A stretch of DNA of 64,000 bases. Source: Iphione sp. A-MEVVRFRX5. Taxonomy: Eukaryota. The position numbers were made by a program, and so were the translations under genes. The stretch spans positions 29,016,001-29,080,000 of the forward strand of contig OZ320322.1 in the NCBI GenBank assembly GCA_976226885.1, read 5' to 3'. Shown piece by piece: positions 53,001-63,040 of this stretch. The notes under the pieces were generated by a model that was not told the DNA's origin, did not search any database, and worked only from the letters and a program-made list of their open reading frames with translations. Every line of letters starts with the position of its first letter. The first letter of the stretch is position 1.

Positions 53001-56000
53001 TGTGCCCTACATATTCTCCTCATGGTATGAAACTTTGTCAAAGGCAAATGCAGTTGACGCTCACTTAGAGACCACATCACAGGTAAGACCAGACCACAAC
53101 AAAGACTAGACTTAATACATTTATTTCTATATAGGGATTTCTTTCTTTTACTACCTCTATATAGCAAAACGATACGAGAAGAGACTAGACCAAAGTTTAT
53201 TGTAGTGGTATATGTTAATTATATATACACGTGTACAACTGATACGAGGCCCATTTTTTGAGTATCTTAGAGATGGGTTTGTTCATCACAAAGAAATAAT
53301 TTCATTAGGAAGGAGCTTTTTTCTAGTGGTTTCGCTAAAAGAGGTACAACTGTACAAATATTGTTGTATTGGACAATACCTTCCAGCTTGAGGCTCAGTC
53401 ATTGCAATGGCACCAATACATTTTCCTGCTGTCATTCTAGGTAGAAACTTCTCTATCTGTTCTTGCGTGCCATATGAAGAAATATAAGGCATGACAATTT
53501 CTGAATGAAGTTGGAATCCAAATCCATAGTCGTTCACGTAGCCCCTGAAAAAGGTGTTTGCAACATGGGATTACAAAGTGCACTCGGTATATACAGCTGA
53601 TAAATATTCCTCCTGAAGTGGTTCTTTGCTATAAAATTCACAGTACTTAGTTCAATGTATGTTGAAAAGTACATGTACAACCAGGTACAGTGTATAACTT
53701 CTTGAGTCATTTAGTGGAATCAAATGCGTCTAGACGTTCGTTTGTTGTATGGGCTCTGCTCCCCCAAAGGGGAAGCGAGGTGCTTCACCACAAAGCACAG
53801 TAACTGGCTTCAAGGCCTGTGTCTCTATTATAGTTCTTGAGAATTGCTTCGAAGTCCCAGGCTTGGGAACACATACAGGCTCACCCATCATAGGCTACTG
53901 TTGAGAAAACGTACAGTCGATTCTCCCCCTTTGTACATGTCTGCAACGTGGACGCAACTCAAATGCAGATGATTCAGCTCAGAACGGAATAAATTGGCAT
54001 ACATAATGTACATGTATGTAGATGTGTAAACCATCGAAGTATTGATGAATAAATAAGGTCCACCAGTAGATCCAGTCTTGATCATTATTCCATGAAGGTT
54101 AACAAGCAACTGACAACAATCACAGTAGCTTGGCTGTATTTATAGATCTTGGCCCCCATTTTCTATGGGGCCAACACTGTGATAATACCAGTGGATGCTG
54201 TCCCCCCACAATGTAGCAATACCGTGTCAATACAACAATACAGTGGCAATACAACAATACTGTGGCAATACCAGGGAACACTGTCCCCAACATAACTCTG
54301 TATTTACACCAGGCCCTCCTTCTAAGCATCCGTGACAAACAACTTATTTGAGATATCACAATATAACAAGACATTTCTAACCGGTACACCAATTTTCACA
54401 GAGCATCCCCCCCTCTCTCAAGGTGTTGTCACTGAATTTGGGTTAACAGTGAGGCTTTAGAGGTACTTTTCACAAGTTGACATGAAAACCCCCTGTAGAC
54501 GTGTTGTCACACTGATTTGGAGCTGCAGGGAAGCCTTAGAGCACTTTTACGAATACTGATGAATAAAGATACTAGAAACCCCAAATTGAACAGTTCTTGG
54601 CTTTATTTATGAGGTTGACATGTAACAATCACAAGCTATCGTGGTGTCACCACCACTTCATCAGGTGAACATGTGAAGCAACGGTTCTGGCTAACTGGCT
54701 TTTATACTAAACAGTTGCTAGTGTTTATTTGCTTGGTAACAAATCACAAGGGGCCTTGCCCACAACAGTTCTGCAGTCAAGTCTAGGATAGATGCTGATT
54801 GGTTGAAGTAATTATTAATGTCAATAGATCATGAATCTGAATCAATAATGAGTAACAAGTCCAAAAAAGTCCAGAATAACTATCAATAAGCTCTGGAAAA
54901 AGTCCAATAACATCTGGAATAGGAAATATCAACAATAATCACAGTTTAAATATCACAGTAACAATAAAAAAAAAAACGGTCATGTCCGGAGGCGGTCCGA
55001 GATCAAGGCAGTGGATAATGGCAGTGTGATACTACATGACCAAAGGACTAATTGTGGCGCTGGTTAATCCAAGATGGTAAGTAACGATGCTTCAAGTGCA
55101 TAAAGATCACAAGGTCCTCAGCCAGTGCAGGAGACAGTTCTTCTGCTCGAATGAGGAAGTCCCAAATCTGCCGGTGAGTAAGTCCATACGGTGGGGAAGT
55201 GACACTCGGTGGAGTGTCTGTAAAGCCCCCATGTGGAGTATGAAGAGGCGGAACAATGGTGTCGTCCCGTGTAGATGTGATCACAGTAATAGCGGTGCTG
55301 GCTGAGGACACCAACTCGGTTGAGTCAGTGCTCGAGATGGTCATCGGAGTGGATGTGTCTCTGGAGTTGTCAGTGGCTGTGTCTGTCTTGGTAGAGTCGC
55401 TCCCCGAAATCACAATCGGGGAGTTGGAGCTGCCTGACTTGGTTGGTACATGCTTGGCCGCCCCCGGTGTACCGTCGTCATCATCGTCGTCGCTGATGTA
55501 TAAATCATCATGCAGTTGGGTTCTGTCGGTCACAGTTGATGGGGTGGTGGGGGCTTGGTTCTCTTTGTCGCCCGGACGAGAGTGATTGGTAGAGTTGTCA
55601 GAATCTTCGGTTAGATCGATGTACTGACAGCCCTCCATAGGAGTCGCAGGTGACTGTAGTGCAGGGAACCGGCGTTGTTCGGGAGTCAAGTTAGTGCCCA
55701 CCGATAAAATGGAGCTCGCATCGTATAGGCACCTTGTCATACGGATGTGGTGTTCATCTATGAGAGGGGTGCCAGCCTCACTTGGGGTGTTTGGTAGCTG
55801 TGGCTCACTAGTCGGTGGCTTGAACCTAGGGAACCCGTCGCGGTTGATGATACCCCGACCTGTCCCAGGCTCGACTGGGTGGTTAATCAGGGTGCGGCGT
55901 ACTCTGCTCTCTGCAGGTGGGACCCAAGGACCAGGCTGAAAGGCATTATTGCTGGCATCACTGTTCAGATTACTGGCATCCCCCCCTGCTCCCATATGCT

Positions 56001-59000
56001 TGTCCTTGTGATGGCGCTGCAAGGCTGATTTGTGTGTATAAGTTTTTGGGCAAAGGTCACATTTAAATTCCCTTGCATAATCTTCATGTTGCTTGGCTAG
56101 GTGTGTCCTAAGCGATTTAGTCCCAACCAACGGCACCTTGCAGACCGGGCAGTCAAACACAACCGACGCCATTGTATCGTCGAACAGATCAAACGGTTCA
56201 AAAACGTCTTACCGGAGCGGTTGTCAACGGTGGGAAGTTCACAACGGTTTACGCAACTGTTCGACTGTTCATTCACGGATATTAAGTTCCTGTGGTCTGT
56301 AAGTTTGAAGCAGTATAATCAACGACTCTTCGAGCCGCAACCGTTCGTTAAGGTGGCACGCGCTGTTGTCTACACACATAATCGTGACGTCATCGATAGT
56401 GCAGTTCGCGTTGAAGTGGAGAGCCACCGGCTTTATTTCTCGACAGTTTCTTATGTCGTTTAAGTGTTGCAACAACCGTGTGTGAACGGTATTACTTGTT
56501 TGGCCGATATATTTTTTATGGCAACGGTTGCACATAATACAATATACGACATTGGTCGAACGGCAGTTGTTGTTGCCGACTGTTCGAAACCGTTGGCTGC
56601 CGTCGTGGTTGGCAACCGACGTTCCTTCAATAACACGGGCGCAGGTTGAACAACGGGGTCTGCCGCATCTACTCATCCCTCTCTGCCTCACAGGTTTTGG
56701 ATAGGTAGAATTTGTCAATATTTCCTTCAGGTTTCTGTTTTTTTTTGTAGGCCATGATAATGCAATATTGTAGGAGATTTGCATTCCCAGGTGAGTGTGC
56801 TAAGATGTTGTATGCCTGTTGTACAGTCTGTTTGTGAGAAGGTTGTGTGGGACCGTGATAGGTAGTGACATAGGCAATTTTCTTCTCGGCAGCTATTGTT
56901 TCCTCTTGAAAGATGGATAACCTATCCATGGTACGTACCCTCCTGTAGCTCTCAATCAATAGTTTCCTGGGGTAGCCTCGTGCTCTGAAATGGCCCATCA
57001 TAGTGTTGGCGAACATGTCGAAAAATTTGATTTCTGTGCATATCATCCCTACCCTCAGTAGTTGGCTGAATGGGATTGAAGATTTTTGTGTATGGGGGTG
57101 GTAGCTCTGGTAGTGTAGGTACAGATTCGCATCCGTCGGTTTCTTGTGGAGTTTGGTGAAGAGACGATAGTTCCTTTTGTAGACCACTGTGTCCAAGAAG
57201 ACTATTTCCTCCTTGCTTGATTCATGGGTGAATTTGATCGTATCATGGGCTTGGTTCAGGTAAGTGATGAATTCTTGTAGGTCATCATCAGTGCCTCTGA
57301 ATATCATGAAGATATCGTCGATGAAGCGCAGCCAGATACGGGGTTGTCGTGGTGCATCCCTCAGTAGTTTCCTTTCAAGGTGTCCCATGAAGAGATTAGT
57401 GTAGCTCGGTGCCATTTGTGTGCCCATTGCTGTTCCATGTTTTTGATGGAATATCTTGTTGTCAAACGCAAAGCTGTTGAATTTTAGGATGTACAGCATC
57501 AGTCTTAGGATGACCCATGTGGCTGGTTCTTGTGTAGGTCCCTGCATGAGATAGTCCCTAGTGGCTGCGAGGCCTTCAGAGTGGGGAATGTTAGTGTACA
57601 GGGCTGATACATCCACGGTAACCAGATGGTCATCGTTGTTGATTCTGATGTCAGAGATCTTCTCAATAAAGTCTTTGGTGTCGCGTATGTGACTGGGTAG
57701 GTTCGTAACATAGGGACGCAAAAAGCAGTCGACGTAGGACGAGATCTTCTCGGTCGGGCAACCGCAGGCGGAAACTATTGGGTGCCCCGGTACCCCCATT
57801 TTGTGCACTTTGGGTAGGAAATAAATGGAAGGCGTACGTGGGTTCTTGATGACCAGGGCGTGTGCAGCATCTGTGGGTAGAGCACCAGTGATACAGCATT
57901 GGTTAACAAAGTTCTTAATTTCAGATAGATATTCGTTGGTTGGGTCATGGTCTAATTGTTCATAGTGGAGCTGGTTCGTCAATTGGCGATATGCTTCGTC
58001 GACGTAGTCTGTAGTGTTTTGGACTACTACTGCACCCCCTTTGTCCGCTTGTTTGATAATGATAGATGAGTCTAGGCTGAGGGAACGGATGGCCTTCACT
58101 TCGTCTGGTGTCAGGTTGTTGCGGGCTGACGGTACATTTCTCACTGGTAGCTGGCCTTCTATGGTGGTTAAGTAGCAATCGAGGAACTTGTCCTTGCCTT
58201 GTTGTGGAGTCCATCCAGAGGATTCCTTGAGATGGCTTAGCGGTGTGATCACTTCTTCACGGTCCTGGTCCTGAAATAAATGTTGTAGTCTCATACGGCG
58301 TGCAAATAGGTAGAAATCTCTGTATGTGTGGGCAGGGTGCGGGTTTGGGCTTGTTGGTATGAAAGTTAGTCCCCGCGTCAGCAGGGTGGTCTCGGCATTG
58401 TTTAGGACTCGGTTAGAAAAATTTATTACCGCGGTGGTCTCGGTTGAGGACGGAAGGATGTTTGGGATGCGGATGAACCTCCTGTTTTTCGGCTTCTGTG
58501 TTCCCGGAGTTCTGTCTTGAGGCTGGTCTCGTAGTTGTCCAGCAGGTTGATGACCGTCGTGTGTTCTTCCGTGCTGATCTCCGTTTTGGCCCTTTCTAGT
58601 AGGGTGGCCAATTCTGCGTTCAGTCGGTCGCATCTGGATTTCCAATAACGATGTAAGATTTCTGTCAGAGATTGTGCTAGACCGGTGACAGCTGTTTCCC
58701 ACTCTAGCAGGAATTCAGTTGATATGTCGGGGATCTGTGCTGTGACGTTTGGAATTAGGCCTCTTGGTGCTGTGTGCATGGATATGTGGTGTTTTAGTAG
58801 CGTTTGATGGTGTCGGGAAGTGATGCACCCTTTCTTCACTTTCTTCAGAGTGCAATACCATACGTTGCTCTGTTGTGATAATGGGCCGGGCGACGTGGGT
58901 GCTGTCAGAGTGTTCGTAGAAGAAGATGGCGACGGTGTGCGTGGTCTTGTAGGTCCTGTTGTGCTCGTGGATGGCACTTCTAGTAGGTTCGTTTGTTGAC

Positions 59001-61626
59001 CTTGTGCTGAGGTTGTTCGTGGGCGCTTGTTAGTAGGTTTAGAGCCTCCCTCGGTTGCCATAGTGTTGCTCCTGTGTTGGCTGACGCCTCTCTTGGCAGC
59101 GGATCCATTGGATACTGTTGGCGGACGGTTGCACCTTCAGCTGGTTGAAATAATTGTATTCCGCGAACTGTACGCTGTCGTTGTAGGAGCTTGTTCTTCA
59201 ATGGGGGATCCAAATGGATACAACTAGTAAACTGTGTGTGAAAACTGATGAATAAAGATACTAGAAACCCCAAATTGAACAGTTCTTGGCTTTATTTATG
59301 AGGTTGACATGTAACAATCACAAGCTTTCGTGGTGTCACCACCACTTCATCAGGTTAACATGTGAAGCAACGGTTCTGGCTAACTGGCTTTTATACTAAA
59401 TGGTTGCTAGTGTTTATTTGCTTGGTAACCAATCACAAGGGGCCTAGCCCACAACAGTTCTGCAGTAAAGTCTAGGATAGATGCTGATTGGTTGAAGTAA
59501 TTATTAATGTCAATAGATCATGAATCTGAATCAATAATGAGTAACAAGTCCAAAAAAGTCCAGAATAACTATCAATAAGCTCTGGAAAAAGTCCAATAAC
59601 ATCTGGAATAGGAAATATCAACAATAATCACAGTTTAAATATCACAGTAACAATCCAAAAAAAAGGTACATCACTTTTACGAATATTACTCTTCTGCACT
59701 TTTACGAATATTACTCTTCAAATTCAGCACTTTTTGGGCTCTTGCTTATCAAATACAGCACTTTTGGGATGTGGTTTAACCCCAATTCCATATCCTTCTA
59801 ACAGATCTATAATACAGACACATCTGAAATCAGGGCAGCCTGGGGAAGAACTGAGGATGTCCGGACTTGGGAGAGTTGACTATTTGCACTGGATGTACTT
59901 TCAGATGTGGACTCATAAACAAAACAAACTTCATCAGGGCCAACCTAGCTTATTGAGCCTGGGGAGGTGTGCAACACACTGCTCATAATTAACAGCTCCC
60001 AATTAACACAGCACCTGAGTGTGGTGATGATTGACAGGCAAGCGAGACAGTAGCATGATGGTGTGCTCTCAATACTCGATGTGTTTATGTGCAGCCATCC
60101 CCCAGTGCTGGGATTACAGTGCTAAGGACACTCCCAGAGTATGAGTAGCACCAGACTTGCTGGTGTAAGGGGAAACATGACACCCATAGAGGGGGGGACT
60201 ATTCCACTGACGAGGTGGTGCCCCACAAGTGTATGCATTGCTGGATGTAAAAACCCTAGATAGCAGACTACTCCATAACCTTCAACAGGGCATGCTCCCT
60301 ACAGGGTTAGAGGCTGGTGAAACCATTGGCCCAGCCTACACATCAAGTTGGCATAACATGGGTCTAGTGTAATATGTATGTTCATTTGATGTGAAACTGC
60401 TCGAACTCTAGAGGTGCTTGGTGCCCATGCGATTATCCACTTATCCTGTTCGAAATGCCTGTCATTTGCCTGTAATACCTTTTCTATACTTACTGTTCTT
60501 CCCATGAAATGGCCGCATACATTAAGTCTGCGCCCAGCCCGTAATGTTCCTCAGGTGTGGTTACTCCGAGCAAACCTTGGGCACCGGCAAGTTCCCATAA
60601 CTAGAACAAATACACATGATCGGGGTAAATCATTTGGTCTAAGGCTGACAAGGGATTACAGTAAATGGAACAGCGAATCCTTTTGTCAATTAAGTGAGAA
60701 CAGCAATGAAGGGGTTGCGTTTATCGGTTCTTTCTTGTATTTAGTGTCGCGAAGTTCGTGTATACAGGTAACAGGTATACCTCTGTTAACAAAATGGATG
60801 AATGGCTAAAAATCACCTCATTGTGAGAAATTTCATTAACAGAGTTATGCATGTCCATCAGAGCACCTTAGAATCTTTATGTTACACTTGTTATGAAGAG
60901 ACTTTGTAATAAAGGAACTTCATTCCTAGAGGATTCGCTAACACAGATACACCTGTACATGTGTATCGGAGAATGTGAGGATACACAAGAAATACATCAC
61001 TCTTGCCAGTTTACTATAGTTACTGTGACATTGATAAATCGGCACATTACCACAGTTTGTTTCTAATTTAATTGGAAGCTGCATTGCAAATGCATATACG
61101 GATCTGATAAATACTATAGCTCTTACTCACCTCACGGTCGACTTGGCCCTGTTCTTCATATCTGATGAATAACATATATATGTCATTTACAGTACAAAAC
61201 ATTCACCGACATTGCCTGTTATTATAGCATTCGTTTAAGTTTCCAAAATGTCTATTTACAATGAAAGAAATATAAAAATACCTCTTTCTATTGATGATAA
61301 ACGGTACAAACTACAGGCTTGAGACAAACATGTACATGTACTTAAAATTACATTCCAAGCATCACAGCATATCATGGGGTTTAATCTCCATAGACGCATT
61401 TCAACTCAAATAAGCGCACCTGTCATTATTGGGCACCAATTCCTCCCGGAAGAATTTCCTGGCGCTTGCCCTGAAAATGTCATGCTCCTCAGTGAAAATC
61501 TTCCTGATGCCAATGTCCATGAGGTTAGCGGCGTCGGCTGGCTCAAGCCTATGTTTCATGTTGCCCTCATTATTGGTGATATCGGGGGCTGCTTTGTTCG
61601 ACTGTCTGCATACCTGGATTCCTGCA
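50092..61626 (-). CDS. ACADL: Long-chain acyl-CoA dehydrogenase, copy B, 5'-partial; complement(join(50092-50272,51354-51481,51709-51933,52349-52580,53380-53544,60494-60600,61131-61161,61420-61626))
   Basis: Eight in-frame exons with the same phases as copy A and the same sizes for the six internal exons (31, 107, 165, 232, 225, 128). There are no stops and the same ACADL motifs are present. Exon 1 was not found before the LTR element at 61862. The exon 2 acceptor (61626) is the best of several nearby AGs. Confidence 0.92.
52703..52879. mobile_element. Small Tc1/pogo-like MITE
   Basis: TA|CAGTGGAACCCCTC ... GAGAGTTTCCACTG|TA. Confidence 0.75.
54555..54965 (-). repeat. 3' pseudo-LTR of the Penelope-like element
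   Basis: Seven substitutions relative to 59244-59654 and no indels seen (about 98% identity). Confidence 0.95.
54618..54674 (-). ncRNA. Minimal type I hammerhead ribozyme, core variant (GAAA to GAUA)
   Basis: On -: acaugu-ucac CUGAUGA A GUGGUG guga CACCAC GAUA GC UU guga-uuguu-acaugu. Stems I and II are intact and core A14 is mutated. Confidence 0.7.
55048..56172 (-). CDS. Penelope-borne accessory ORF, 374 aa: two N-terminal C2H2 zinc fingers, Ser/Thr/Pro/Asp-rich middle, helical C-terminus
   Basis: Intact intronless ORF with a strong start context (ACAATGG). It has CPVC-x12-H-x4-H and CDLC-x12-H-x4-H, and lies between the GIY-YIG stop and the 3' pseudo-LTR on the same strand. Confidence 0.8.
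   Translation of the reverse strand: MASVVFDCPVCKVPLVGTKSLRTHLAKQHEDYAREFKCDLCPKTYTHKSALQRHHKDKHMGAGGDASNLNSDASNNAFQPGPWVPPAESRVRRTLINHPVEPGTGRGIINRDGFPRFKPPTSEPQLPNTPSEAGTPLIDEHHIRMTRCLYDASSILSVGTNLTPEQRRFPALQSPATPMEGCQYIDLTEDSDNSTNHSRPGDKENQAPTTPSTVTDRTQLHDDLYISDDDDDDGTPGAAKHVPTKSGSSNSPIVISGSDSTKTDTATDNSRDTSTPMTISSTDSTELVSSASTAITVITSTRDDTIVPPLHTPHGGFTDTPPSVTSPPYGLTHRQIWDFLIRAEELSPALAEDLVIFMHLKHRYLPSWINQRHN
56269..59061 (-). CDS. Penelope polyprotein (N-terminal domain, RT, Cys linker, GIY-YIG), ~930 aa after correcting two homopolymer frameshifts
   Basis: RT motifs KQADKGGAVVV, YFLPKVHK, HPIVS, DVSALYTNIP, GTAMGTQMAPSY and WLRFIDDIF. Linker CGRPRCSTC. Endonuclease VVYCIMCNRCHKKYIGQT...R...H...E...LN. 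The three track ORFs overlap exactly at A-runs. Confidence 0.88.
59244..59654 (-). repeat. 5' pseudo-LTR of the Penelope-like element (CCAAT, TATA, ribozyme, polyA signal)
   Basis: On -: CCAATCAG, then TATAAAAG (59388-59395), the hammerhead, and AATAAA (59291-59296). Confidence 0.95.
59307..59363 (-). ncRNA. Minimal type I hammerhead ribozyme with intact core
   Basis: On -: acaugu-uaac CUGAUGA A GUGGUG guga CACCAC GAAA GC UU guga-uuguu-acaugu. It has a 6-bp stem II and a palindromic AAGCUU stem III, with predicted cleavage between 59322 and 59321. Confidence 0.8.
59990..60370 (+). repeat. Third copy of the dispersed TGATTGACAG repeat family
   Basis: GATGATTGACAGGCAAGC (60026) ... ACTATTCCACTGA ... 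AAAACCCTAGATAGCAGA ... AGGGTTAGAGGCTGGTGAAACCATTGGCCCAGCC. Confidence 0.65.
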
Positions 61627-61861
61627 CTACAGACCGAGGAAGAGACTTTATTATCTAAGTGTGTATCATGTAAATCAGACCATGTATGAGTTTATGAGAC
61701 CAAACCGTGGGACAAACCAGTGACACTCAGACCCTAGCTTGGCGTCCCCTGTAGGCTGCAACTGTATTTTAATTATAGTATATATTATAATGTGACGAAA
61801 GAATAATAATGAAACGTATTCTTATCTTTCTGCAAAGGTAAAGATTATTTACAATTAATAT

Positions 61862-62297
61862 TGTAACGTGACTAACGTAGAGAGAAATGACAAGTCAACG
61901 GACCGAGCAAAAATAATCTTGAGAAAAAGTAGAATATAAGTTTCACTCCAATATACACTAATTCGTCGTGCATGGAATGGTCTCTCTCGTATGTGCAAAG
62001 AGAAAGGGGTCTGTTTATTCCAGAAAACATGGGTTTATATATGACAGTGTTACATAAGAGTTGCTAAAAATAGGATGTCTAGACACCTGCATATGCGCAG
62101 CAAATAAACAGTCCGCGAAGTACCCCAACTACGCAGCACCACAATCCGTGAGATACCTCTACTACGCAATACCTCTATTGGTCCGGAAGTCGTCACGGAT
62201 CGCACTCTATCCCGGATCGCGGATTCCGTTGCGGACTATTCTCACGGACCGACCTTCTCTCTAGCACTATACACTCTTATGACATGCCTACGTTACA
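61862..62297 (-). repeat. 3' LTR, 436 bp
   Basis: 8-bp inverted termini TGTAACGT...ACGTTACA, with internal TATATAAA (about 62034-62041) followed by AATAAA (62014-62019) on -. Confidence 0.8.
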
Positions 62298-63040
62298 TTC
62301 TCCCCTTCTTTAAGAGGGAAACTTATTCGCTTTTTACTGAAATATCTTAAATTATGAGTATTACTTTTTATCTTGTTCTCTATATAAATGATTTTTCGGG
62401 TACGAGATGTACTTCTCGTCTAAAAAGTTTTTCTTTGGACTATTCGAAGTCCTTACGGATTATCTATAATTTTATCTTTCTTTCTATTTCGATTACTGAA
62501 AAGGTGAAACAAAATTCTATAGATAAAATTCGATATACTTTATTCTTTCTCCTTAAGGGAGTTAAAATATATTTTTCTTTTCTTTTGAACACATGGCATC
62601 TCAACATACATCAATACAATCTTCACGGATCATGTCAAGAAAATAAAAGATATGGAAACGGATCGACCTTTCACGAACTCGTTACTTAGCGGTCTAGTAA
62701 AACTGAAATTCGAAATAATGTCTTTTTGTATCATCACAGTTCGTCTTTTACCTTGAAAAAGGCATTCATAAATAGTAATATCAAAAATATGCGAGCAATA
62801 TTCATAGTAAAATCATCATGCGCTTCCGGTTTAGTTCCTTTTCGCGCGGAAAGTCATTTCCGGTTCAGTTCTTGCGCTACTGTCACGTTGTTGGACTATA
62901 CTTTTTGGGACGATAAATTATGGATTAAGATCTCTGAAAAGGAATTACAAACAGCATTTGGCATTCACAAATAATCAAGGACGGCATTAGGCATGAATGG
63001 ACTAGAAATTATCACTACTTTAGTCTTTCTCAACTGGATT

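Larger units (their letters stand above)
54555..59654 (-). mobile_element. Near-intact Penelope-like element (GIY-YIG, Neptune-type), 5.1 kb, with direct pseudo-LTRs
   Basis: 411-bp direct repeats at 54555-54965 and 59244-59654 enclose an RT, a GIY-YIG endonuclease and an extra ORF. The probable target duplication is CACTTTTACGAATA (54542-54555 and 59672-59685). Confidence 0.93.
53914..59882. mobile_element. Tc1/pogo-like MITE (family of 46658-47278) split by the Penelope insertion; arms at about 53914-54554 and 59672-59882
   Basis: The left arm begins TA|CAGTCGATTCTCCC...GGACGCAACTCAAATGCAGATGATT. The right arm contains AAATTCAGCACTTTTTGG and ends GATGTCCGGACTTGGGAGAGTTGACTA, matching the end of the intact copy. 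Confidence 0.65.

Noticed and set aside
54556-54580. Plus-strand CTGATGA...GAAAC at the pseudo-LTR edge (also at 59245)
   Set aside because: The intervening ATAAAGATACTA cannot form a credible stem II and no stem I or III was found; the real ribozyme is on -.
55087-56649. Plus-strand ORFs opposite the Penelope zinc-finger and GIY-YIG ORFs
   Set aside because: They are short antisense shadows without motifs.
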